Positions 9,605 through 16,657 of a stretch of DNA of 60,613 bases are shown one piece after another. Numbering within the stretch: position 1 is the stretch's first letter; the number at the start of each line of letters is the position of its first letter. Source of the DNA: Pseudomonadota bacterium (GTDB lineage Bacteria; Pseudomonadota; Gammaproteobacteria; Chromatiales; Chromatiaceae); NCBI GenBank assembly GCA_052035915.1, contig JBPOHE010000007.1, positions 1 to 60,613 of the forward strand, read 5' to 3'. The notes beneath the pieces are model-generated. The model had not been told where the DNA came from. It did not search any database and saw only the letters and a program-made list of their open reading frames with translations. Position numbers and translations under genes: made by a program.

Positions 9605-9754
9605 TACCATTTCTTGATAGGTATTATCGATATTCGTAGGCTGGTGTTGAGGCGCGAAGCGCTGAAACCCAGCTTCTGAGTAGCTGGGATTCGCTTCGCT
9701 CATCGCCAGCCTACCCCATGACTTTCAGGCGGATAAACTAATAGGAAATGGTAT
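9604..9754. repeat. MITE-like repeat family A, copy 1 (151 bp)
   Basis: Perfect 10-bp terminal inverted repeats (ATACCATTTC ... GAAATGGTAT). An internal long hairpin is based on GCGAAGCGCTGAAACCCAGCT; it is partly deleted in this copy. Near-identical to 14639-14792 in the same orientation. Confidence 0.85.
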
Positions 9755-9970
9755 GAGATCCTCTTCCGATCCCTGATCAACACTGGACACCAGCACGCGA
9801 CCGGGGGTGAAGGGGAAGCTGATAACAATGTTTATGTACTAATGATATTTTGTTGAATATTTTTATGTAGCAATGCTTCTACCGCCCATGCCCGGGGCCT
9901 TTTGGGTCGATAAGCGGGTTGTCGTCGCCGGCTCGTCCTTCTCGGACTCTATCCAGCATGAGAGAACACC

Positions 9971-10372
9971 ATGAGCATCGAAGAGGAACATCAAGACGTC
10001 CTGCAGAATATCGAGTTCGTCGTCACCCAGATCTATAGACGCCATCCAACATTGACCGACTACGGCGTTCTGCGCGCCTACGAGGCCCTGGTTCAAACCT
10101 ATACCGCGGAACTCTCGGGACGTCCGCCGAAGCCGTTGATGTTACAAGGAGGGCCTGAAGGGGTGATGCTGGAGAACCTCAGAATCATCTGTGAATGGCG
10201 TCTGGGTCGGATCAACAGGCCAAACGCCGCGGGCCGGGGAGAACAGTCAGAGCCCATTGATATTCCGACCCTGATTCAATGCCTGAAAAGGCTCATCAAG
10301 TCCGTCAACAAGTGGAACAAAAGCGGCGGCCAACAAGGGTACCTGCACTTCATGACGCAATTTATCCATTGA
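9971..10372 (+). CDS. hypothetical protein (133 aa)
   Basis: Clean ORF preceded by an AT-rich stretch and followed by a perfect 18-bp palindrome (10384-10401, ACAGGCCGATCGGCCTGT). I recognise no motif. It is the only plus-strand gene in the accessory segment. Confidence 0.5.
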   Translation: MSIEEEHQDVLQNIEFVVTQIYRRHPTLTDYGVLRAYEALVQTYTAELSGRPPKPLMLQGGPEGVMLENLRIICEWRLGRINRPNAAGRGEQSEPIDIPTLIQCLKRLIKSVNKWNKSGGQQGYLHFMTQFIH

Positions 10373-10640
10373 GGGCTCGGACGACAGGCCGATCGGCCTG
10401 TGGTGGGTTGGCTTCGCTTATCAGCCTCACCAAGAGACGGCTGCCTCAGCCCTCTATACGCTGGTTCCCAAGCTCCAGCTTGGGAACCACTGCGTGGCAA
10501 GCTCTTGCTTACCGACCTTCGACATTCCCAAGGAGGACCTTGGGAACGAGCGGACCTCCTGTCATCACTGCTTGACTGTGAACAACTCCTCTTCAGGGTT
10601 CACGATGTTTGCATGTGCGATTGCCCTGTTGATGGTGGCG

Positions 10641-10692
10641 ATTAAACATGCGTGCGATTAGGCTACGCCAATCGCACCTACGGCCCTTTAAT
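10641..10692 (-). repeat. attC-like / REP-like imperfect palindrome downstream of TA cassette 1
   Basis: Minus-strand reading: TATTAAAGGGCCGTAGGTGCGATTGGCGTAGCCTAATCGCACGCATGTTTAAT. The toxin stop codon lies inside the first arm. A related copy with conserved arms and a variable centre is at about 59545-59600. Confidence 0.4.
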
Positions 10693-10972
10693 ACACCTCG
10701 TCGTGGGTGCCAATATCATGCAAAATGATGACTTCACATCCTGTTTTCTCATCGATTTCAATGGAGAAAACAATGCGGCAATCATAGCCACGGGAGCAGG
10801 CCCACAATCCCAGCAGAGCACCGCTAAGTTTATGCGTTCACGGGGCAGGCGCAAATACATCCGCCTGCATTCGCCGAAGCACCTCATCAATATAATCTTG
10901 CAACTTGGGAGTCTGTTTTCCAAATTTCCGATAGGCTCGCCGAAATCTTGGCGTGATAACCAACAGCCTCAT
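10688..10972 (-). pseudogene. RelE/YafQ-family toxin gene interrupted by an in-frame TGA (codon 45)
   Basis: Hand translation: MRLLVITPRFRRAYRKFGKQTPKLQDYIDEVLRRMQADVFAPAP*THKLSGALLGLWACSRGYDCRIVFSIEIDEKTGCEVIILHDIGTHDEVY*. The C-terminal half is the classic RelE/YafQ signature. The stop is at 10838-10840. The ATGA start/stop overlap with the antitoxin is preserved. Confidence 0.75.
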
Positions 10973-11199
10973 TCATCATCCTCAAGCGTCCGATGCAACT
11001 CGGCAATGGCCTCTTCTGCAGATTGCGCCTTGAATTGGCCATCGCGGAAAGCCGCTATTGACTTATTAGCATCGACCATGATTTCCTGCCGCCGGGTTTC
11101 AATCCGGCGCTTGCTTAGAATGTCGATCAGCATTTCTTGCTGATCTGGCGGAAGTTGCAAAACGGTATTAATGGCTTGATCCAAGGTTATGGCATTCAT
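10969..11199 (-). CDS. type II antitoxin (partner of the RelE/YafQ-like pseudogene)
   Basis: 76 aa from MNAITLDQAINTVLQLPPDQQEMLIDIL..., with an AAGGAG Shine-Dalgarno sequence 8 nt upstream. The acidic C-terminus and the 4-nt ATGA overlap with the toxin start are typical. The longer 11277 start lacks an RBS. Confidence 0.7.
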   Translation of the reverse strand: MNAITLDQAINTVLQLPPDQQEMLIDILSKRRIETRRQEIMVDANKSIAAFRDGQFKAQSAEEAIAELHRTLEDDE

Positions 11200-11303
11200 C
11201 GTTTCCACAATCTCCTTGCTTTCATTACAGCCGTAGAAGGTACGCGATGCGTACCCTACGAGGCTCTCCTGCGTCACGCATGCGTTCGGGTGGGATCATG
11301 AGT

Positions 11304-11359
11304 TCTAACGCCTGCCTCAGCCGCGAGCGTAGCGAGTCGTCTGGAGGCGCATGTTAGGA
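11304..11359 (-). repeat. attC-like recombination-site candidate
   Basis: Minus-strand reading: TCCTAAC-ATGCGCCTCCAG...CTGAGGCAGGC-GTTAGAA. This has an inverse-core-like YYTAAC and a core-like GTTAGR, with imperfectly paired inner arms. It is 56 nt long and lies between the two TA cassettes. Confidence 0.5.
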
Positions 11360-11477
11360 AATTACGTGTATTCTCTGGTTGCATTCAGCGTCGTTGGATG
11401 TTGGGTTGGCGATACGGCCGCCAACCCAACCTATGGTGCTGGGTCCGAGTGAAAGCGCAGGTTAGCTTTCAAATTCA

Positions 11478-11729
11478 TCAGTAGATTTCTCGACGATGGC
11501 CTATTGCAATAACGATCACAACTAACTGTTCGTCGTGGATTTCGTAGATGACTCTGAAATCGCCAATTCGGATTCGCCACGCATCTCTACCTGTGAGTTT
11601 CTTGCTGCCGACTGGTCTTGGATTGTGGGAAAGCGCTTTTACCTGATCAGCAATCTCTGCTCGACGGACTTTATCAATTTTTGCAAGGGACTTCTGCGCG
11701 CTTCGAGTGATTGAGATCGATTAGCTCAT
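11478..11729 (-). pseudogene. RelE/ParE-family toxin gene with TAA at codon 3
   Basis: Hand translation: MS*SISITRSAQKSLAKIDKVRRAEIADQVKALSHNPRPVGSKKLTGRDAWRIRIGDFRVIYEIHDEQLVVIVIAIGHRREIY*. This is the canonical RelE/ParE pattern (RIRIGDYRVIYEI...IGHR.EIY). The stop is at 11721-11723, and there is no downstream ATG/GTG/TTG near the N-terminus. Confidence 0.75.
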
Positions 11730-11932
11730 GAGCTGACATCAGTATCTATCTCGTTCAGTGCCTGATCAAAAGGGATTATCTCGTCGCTAGTGAGTTTAGC
11801 TTCGTCGTAAGCCTTTATGTCTTCGAGTTCCTCTATGGCGCTGAGGATTTCCCGCCATTCATTAATGGGTAAGACTACGGACTTAGGAGTCTGATTAGAG
11901 TCGACAATGTATTCTGGATGAAGAATGTTCAT
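11726..11932 (-). CDS. type II antitoxin (Phd/YefM-like by pattern)
   Basis: 68 aa: MNILHPEYIVDSNQTPKSVVLPINEWREILSAIEELEDIKAYDEAK... The ATGA overlap with the toxin start is present. Confidence 0.7.
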   Translation of the reverse strand: MNILHPEYIVDSNQTPKSVVLPINEWREILSAIEELEDIKAYDEAKLTSDEIIPFDQALNEIDTDVSS

Positions 11933-11984
11933 GGTGTGTACCTATTGTAACCACGCTTCGGATTTCGACTAGTTTAGTAGGTCG

Positions 11985-12040
11985 AAAAAACACAGTGTTG
12001 CCCGACATTTTATAGAAGATGTCGGGCACAGGTGCCCGAC
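11985..12040 (-). terminator. tandem hairpins plus T-run downstream of the two-gene operon
   Basis: On the minus strand, right after the TAG at 12041, come two hairpins. They are GTCGGGCAC-CT-GTGCCCGAC and TGCCCGACAT-cttctataaa-ATGTCGGGCA, followed by ACACTGTG-TTTTTT. Confidence 0.5.
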
Positions 12041-13159
12041 CTACCGGGCTGTCTTCACTCTATGTTTTTCGTAGGCTTCCATTTTGTATCTTTCTAAAGA
12101 CTCAATAACCAGTTTACTGACTGTGCTTCTGGTTAATCCTTCTTCATTTGCTTCTAATCTGAGCATCGAAAGATTAAGCGTCAACTCGCCCCCCGCAGAC
12201 TCATCCTTATCAGAAAACTCAAATAGTATTCTGCATGTTCCAGAGCAATTATCGCCTTCAAACTCATAATCACATTGAAGCCCGAACAATCGGATATACG
12301 GATGAATGGATTTATCACTGACGAAAAATGTCGAGTGAAGCCCCTGTCCCTTCATCTTCATGTCTTCGATCTTATCCTTCATCCACGCAATATTCTGCGG
12401 CGGGTTAGCAACGCTGTGATCTGGTGAAAAATGAATGTCCCTGGTGTCAACAAAGCGCAGCATTGAGTGACTTACGTTTTGGGTGAGATCATTCATAAAT
12501 TGTACGCGTGATTCATTCGTGAAGTCTGAATACCTGATTATTGTTACGCCGACACTTTGTTTGATGTGCCCTTCGCTTTTGAAGTGCTTTATCAAAGCAC
12601 TTGAGACTTTGTTTCCGAAGTCGATTGTTTCTGGTGCGGTATGGCTTAGCGAAATGTTTAAGGACTTACCATCGTTGCTTTTCCGTATTTCAACACGGCC
12701 CCCATGTGTGACTGTGTTTTCTCCCCAGTTCTTAACTGGATCACGTCTATCAATCTCGAAATCCATGTAGATGTGATCTGGATTATCATTTGATGCAGTA
12801 AAATTTGACATACTTGAAAGACTGAATACACCAAACTGGTCATTCAGAAGAGTCTCGTAGTCAGCCATATCTGGCAAAGACTCAAGCAAGTTGGATTCAG
12901 AATCCCAGCTAATAGTGCGAGTTTTAGATTTTGGCGATTCCTCTTTTGTCCTATAGCTCTCGCGCAAGTCCACGTACTCAAAGGGAGACAGCCCGGTCTT
13001 GATGAGAATGGGGCCTAGAACTTCCTTCTGATCTGACCCTGTAAATACCCCTCTTGCGCGCAAAACGTTTTTTAATTCGGCGTTCTTAACCTTTGTCTGG
13101 CCAATTAGCTGGCGCAAAAAATCCCTAGTAGGAAGCAAGACCTCTTCGTTGTTATTCAT
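12041..13159 (-). CDS. hypothetical protein B (372 aa), second gene of AT-rich operon
   Basis: Clean 372-aa ORF with a start ATG inside ATGAATAA, an 8-nt overlap with the upstream gene. Sampled lines are 32-50% GC, against about 63% in flanking core genes. I recognise no catalytic or nucleotide-binding motif. Confidence 0.8.
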   Translation of the reverse strand: MNNNEEVLLPTRDFLRQLIGQTKVKNAELKNVLRARGVFTGSDQKEVLGPILIKTGLSPFEYVDLRESYRTKEESPKSKTRTISWDSESNLLESLPDMADYETLLNDQFGVFSLSSMSNFTASNDNPDHIYMDFEIDRRDPVKNWGENTVTHGGRVEIRKSNDGKSLNISLSHTAPETIDFGNKVSSALIKHFKSEGHIKQSVGVTIIRYSDFTNESRVQFMNDLTQNVSHSMLRFVDTRDIHFSPDHSVANPPQNIAWMKDKIEDMKMKGQGLHSTFFVSDKSIHPYIRLFGLQCDYEFEGDNCSGTCRILFEFSDKDESAGGELTLNLSMLRLEANEEGLTRSTVSKLVIESLERYKMEAYEKHRVKTAR

Positions 13160-14102
13160 TATTCAAGCTCCTGTAGTCTGGCCGAAAGCTAGCTACTTTT
13201 ATCCGGGTAAAGATATCGCTCTCAAAACCTGTGGCAGCCCTCTTGACTGCATCACCATGACTAGACTCAACATAATTAGGAAATAGAAACAGCAACGTGC
13301 AACTCATGTCTTGAGTGTATTCTTTGGCTGCTTGGATTAGCCTGCGCAGAGAGTCTTGCGCAAAACCTTCTATGGTAGACAGACAGAAAATATCCTGATC
13401 ATGCCGGGACTGTGCCTTAATGATTAGCGGAATCAAAGGTGAGGTCAGAAATTCAAGCGGACATACCTTTCCATATCTCGATATGGTTTTGTCAACATAA
13501 CTTAGTGAAGTCTCAGGATAATAAAAGTGCAGGCGATCGGAGTCGTACTCATGTCTCAAATACTGCACGGTGTCGAATATAAAGTTTATTCTCTGATTAT
13601 CAACCACATGAAACGACTCAAAGCTCCAATCGGAATCAAGTTGTGAGTTTGCAATTTTTGATACGACATCATCATATGTTTCTTCGTTACTCGATAGCCA
13701 GAACAATACCCCGGAATCCCTACTTTTCGTTGTTCGCCCCAACAATTCCTGCTGTTGCTTTTTTAACTCTGAATGTTTGTAACACTCCAAGGTTTCGACT
13801 AAGTCCTTGGCGTGCGATTTGAAAGTCGACTTTGGATTGTTTTCGTACGGGTTTTGTGAATGCTTAACAGATATTACCGCGCTTTCGGCAGTCGAGCCTT
13901 CAAGTGGGCTTCTATAGCAGTACAAATAGTCAATTCCATGTGTTTCTCTTTTTCCAGTCTTTGACCCTTCACTGGCATGTTTGCTTGGCTTTCTACATGG
14001 CAGTTCTTGCCCAGATAAAACGCCTTCCCACCCCAATAAATGGAAGAAATTGCCAACGATATTCTCGCCAATTTCTCCAATTTTTTTAGATTTTTCACCC
14101 AT
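13152..14102 (-). CDS. hypothetical protein A (316 aa) with PD-(D/E)xK-like (Mrr/DUF4365-like) N-terminal region
   Basis: The N-terminus is KKIGEIGENIVGNFFHLLGWEGV ... THGIDYLYCYRSP ... AVISVKHS. This resembles the helix (GE..E) / beta (G-I-D) / beta (S-V-K) core of restriction-endonuclease-fold proteins (E13, D58, S78-x-K80). I recognise nothing in the C-terminal 180 aa. AT-rich. Confidence 0.8.
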   Translation of the reverse strand: MGEKSKKIGEIGENIVGNFFHLLGWEGVLSGQELPCRKPSKHASEGSKTGKRETHGIDYLYCYRSPLEGSTAESAVISVKHSQNPYENNPKSTFKSHAKDLVETLECYKHSELKKQQQELLGRTTKSRDSGVLFWLSSNEETYDDVVSKIANSQLDSDWSFESFHVVDNQRINFIFDTVQYLRHEYDSDRLHFYYPETSLSYVDKTISRYGKVCPLEFLTSPLIPLIIKAQSRHDQDIFCLSTIEGFAQDSLRRLIQAAKEYTQDMSCTLLFLFPNYVESSHGDAVKRAATGFESDIFTRIKVASFRPDYRSLNNE

Positions 14103-14180
14103 TGCAAGTTCCTTTCACCAATCTGCGGGTTGGATTTTTATGCATAACATGTAATCGACGACATCGTCTTCCTACCAAAA

Positions 14181-14198
14181 GTATCTAAATCTAGATAC
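14181..14198. promoter_or_regulatory. palindrome GTATCTA-AATC-TAGATAC about 80 nt upstream of protein A (possible operator)
   Basis: 7-bp perfect arms, seen directly in the AT-rich leader of the operon. The role is inferred only. Confidence 0.3.
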
Positions 14199-14499
14199 CA
14201 ACCCTTACCCCAATGGTCCTCCATCAGCTCCCACCCTGGATCCCAACCCCGGGGCTACGGCATTTTCGTAGCCTGACTTCCACAACCGCGGATGAGGTCG
14301 CCATATCCATCCAGCCTGATTGACCTCGTTGCGCCGATCGATCTCCCAATATTCCACCCGAGCTGTACGCCACGCAGGCCGGGCACTTTATGGGATGCCC
14401 GACATTTTCCATTGAATCCCTGGACAAGGCCAGGCTTTGGCCCAACCTTCTACATCACTCCCTAACAGCTGAGATAACCTTGAAGAGTCAGGTTTTGGC

Positions 14500-14625
14500 G
14501 TTCCCGGGCATGGGCGGTTTAGCCCGATTTTTCCTTCTCCTAGAGAGAACAATGCCCCATCATGAATGGGCATATGTTCTCTTTAGAAGAACGAAGAATG
14601 GCCGTTTGGGGCCCATGCCCGGAAC
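14500..14625. repeat. MITE-like repeat family B copy (paired TGTTCTC/GAGAACA palindromes)
   Basis: Terminal inverted repeats GTTCCCGGGCATGGGC ... GCCCATGCCCGGAAC. The core is TTCTCCTAGAGAGAACAATGCC...GCATATGTTCTCTTTAGAAGAAC. Confidence 0.7.
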
Positions 14626-14638
14626 CTGGAAGGGCCTC

Positions 14639-14792
14639 ATACCATTTCTCGATAGGTATTATCGATATTCGTAGGCTGGTGTTGAGGCGCGAAGCGCTGA
14701 AACCCAGCTTCTCAGTAGCTGGGTTTCAGCGCTTCGCTCATCGCCAGCCTACCCCATGGCTTTCAGGCGGATAAACTAATAGGAAATGGTAT
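14639..14792. repeat. MITE-like repeat family A, copy 2 (154 bp)
   Basis: Same TIRs as copy 1. It carries the full 21-bp-stem hairpin GCGAAGCGCTGAAACCCAGCT-tctcagt-AGCTGGGTTTCAGCGCTTCGC. It is in direct orientation relative to 9604-9754. Confidence 0.85.
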
Positions 14793-14861
14793 CAGCGACT
14801 AGCTCGGCCATCCTTTGCCGAGGTTCCCTGAAACACCCGAGCCCTTCCCCGCGACCAAGGC

Positions 14862-16409
14862 TCAAGGATTCACCGCCAAGGGCGCCTCGAAGTGTTGGGT
14901 GGTGAAGACCTCGAAGGCGGCGCCTTCCTTCCAGGCGTCCTCCGGCAGACCAGCCTTGCGCGCCAGATGAGAGAGGGTTTGTTCCCGATTCCAACCCTGT
15001 TCCCGGGCCACTTCGGGGAGAAAAACCGCGCTCCGACCTTCCTTGTGCAGGATGATGCCGTGCACACCGGGCTGGAAGTCCTCGACTGAGGGGATGGACT
15101 GGGGCGGGCTGAGCACGCTGACGGTTAGTTCCAGCTCTTTCAATTCCTCCGGCTGCACCGGCGGGAAGCGGTAATCCTGCTGAGCGGCGTTGAGGCCGTT
15201 GAGGATCACTGCCCGATACAGGGGCTCCTTGGGCAGGATGTAGCCGATGCAACCGCGCAGCTCGCCATGTTTCTTCAGGGTGACGAAGGCCCCCGAGGGT
15301 TGACGACCGGCCTCCGGCATCTCGGCCAGGAGTCTTTCATAGTCCGCTGCGATGCCGCTTTGGGGTAGCACGGCATCGATGACCGCGATCCGGGCCAATC
15401 GATGCAGCCAGGGCAGCAGTTCCGGAGTCGGGGCCGTCTCGGCGCGCTTGGGCGCGGCGGCCTTGGACAGAGGGGCCGGATCATAGACGCCGATGCTGAG
15501 GTAACTGACCGAATGGTCCCATTGCTGGGTCAAGGCGCCGCTGGTGTCGTATTGGATCAGCTCGACCTTGGAGCCGGGATTGAGCAGATGGACCAGGATC
15601 AGCAAAGGGGAGAGACCGCAGGCGGTAATGCCGGTACGCCTATGGTATTCCGCCAGGCCTGGGGCATCCTGTTTGGTGATAAATTCAAAGGCCCCCAGAT
15701 CGAGGTTCCGCAGGCGCTCGGGCAATTGCTGATCCGGCGGGAAAGGCAGATAGTCGTATCTGGGACCGTAGTGGGTGAAGTCGCCGGAGATCAGCAACAG
15801 GCTGGTGTCGTCCAACAAAGGGCGCAGCAACTCGGCGGCAGCGGCATAGTCCTGTTCCTCCATGACACCGACGAGTACGGGCAGGAGTTGCCAGCCCGGG
15901 GCCAGACTGCGTTGCAGGAAGGGAAGCTGGATCTCCAGGCTATGTTCGCCCAGGCGGATCGCCTCGTCTCCATGCACCAGGGGTGATGCCCGCAAGGTGG
16001 CGATCGCCGCCGTATCCAGGGGGATGCTGCCCAGAGGAGTGGCATAGTGACTGGCTTCTGGTATCGCCAGACCACGAAAGCCACCGCCATGGGCCGGTCC
16101 AACGGCGATCACCCGTTTCAGTGCCCGCCCCTGGAGCTGGATATACCCCTTGGCCGCGGTGGCGCCTGAATATTGATACCCGGCATGGGGACTCACCAAT
16201 GCCCGCAGCTCGGTGGGCGGCGGGCTGGGGGCCGGTCCGGCCTGCTTGAGCAACTGGTCGATAATCTCCTGGAGTTGGGCCGGCTCCTGCGGATACCAGT
16301 AGCCGGCGATGGCCGAGGGCCGGATGGAGTCGGCGTAGACCGTACCCAGTCCCCAGAACAACCCCAGACAGAGTCCCAGAAAACCCCAGCGCATTGGATC
16401 TCGCCTCAT
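14862..16409 (-). CDS. AmmeMemoRadiSam system fusion protein: Memo-like (protein B) + AMMECR1 (protein A) domains
   Basis: The N-terminal half is Memo-like (AGYWYP...LVSPHAGYQYSG...SLEIQLPFL...SGDFTHYG). The C-terminal half is AMMECR1 (GAFVTLKKHGELRGCIGY...LTVSVLSPP...GIILHKEGRSAVFLPEV). Start set at the ATG at 16409, preceded by GGGGAGGGGGAG. The predicted N-terminus MRRDPMRWGFLGLCLGLFWGLGTVYADS looks like a signal peptide. Confidence 0.8.
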   Translation of the reverse strand: MRRDPMRWGFLGLCLGLFWGLGTVYADSIRPSAIAGYWYPQEPAQLQEIIDQLLKQAGPAPSPPPTELRALVSPHAGYQYSGATAAKGYIQLQGRALKRVIAVGPAHGGGFRGLAIPEASHYATPLGSIPLDTAAIATLRASPLVHGDEAIRLGEHSLEIQLPFLQRSLAPGWQLLPVLVGVMEEQDYAAAAELLRPLLDDTSLLLISGDFTHYGPRYDYLPFPPDQQLPERLRNLDLGAFEFITKQDAPGLAEYHRRTGITACGLSPLLILVHLLNPGSKVELIQYDTSGALTQQWDHSVSYLSIGVYDPAPLSKAAAPKRAETAPTPELLPWLHRLARIAVIDAVLPQSGIAADYERLLAEMPEAGRQPSGAFVTLKKHGELRGCIGYILPKEPLYRAVILNGLNAAQQDYRFPPVQPEELKELELTVSVLSPPQSIPSVEDFQPGVHGIILHKEGRSAVFLPEVAREQGWNREQTLSHLARKAGLPEDAWKEGAAFEVFTTQHFEAPLAVNP

Positions 16410-16657
16410 CTCCCCCTCCCCTTTTGGTTCAAGATTCATCCTCCGGCAGCGCCCGATAATAGGCCGCCTCCGGATACCCGTAGGGTGCGCAAAGCGCACC
16501 AGAATGGTGGGCGATGCTTCGACTTCGCTCAGCACAGGTGCCCACCCTAGCGTTCCCGGGCACCACAGGCACAGCGGCGCCCAGCACCACCCCGGCACAC
16601 AGCCACAAGAAATACCGTCGATCCGCCTCCCATTCATCTGTGTTCATACTCTCCTCC

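Noticed and set aside
10384-10560. Three perfect palindromes (ACAGGCCGATCGGCCTGT, GGTTCCCAAGCT-cc-AGCTTGGGAACC, TTCCCAAGG-agga-CCTTGGGAA) as attC sites.
   Set aside because: They are short, perfectly paired hairpins without the extrahelical bases and length of attC sites. They are more likely terminators or REP hairpins after the 133-aa gene. Their GTT...AAC ends are noted but insufficient.
10838-10840. In-frame TGA in the RelE/YafQ-like toxin read as selenocysteine or programmed read-through.
   Set aside because: No SECIS-like hairpin is evident immediately downstream. The family does not use Sec. The neighbouring toxin is disrupted by TAA, so simple inactivation is the economical reading.
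14224-14674. Small ORFs (61-94 aa) in the leader of the two-gene operon and across the MITEs.
   Set aside because: They traverse repeat elements, or have no RBS and implausible composition. The same 'proteins' recur wherever the repeats recur, for example the MPTLPDRHQMAARGCRP-type frames in family C.
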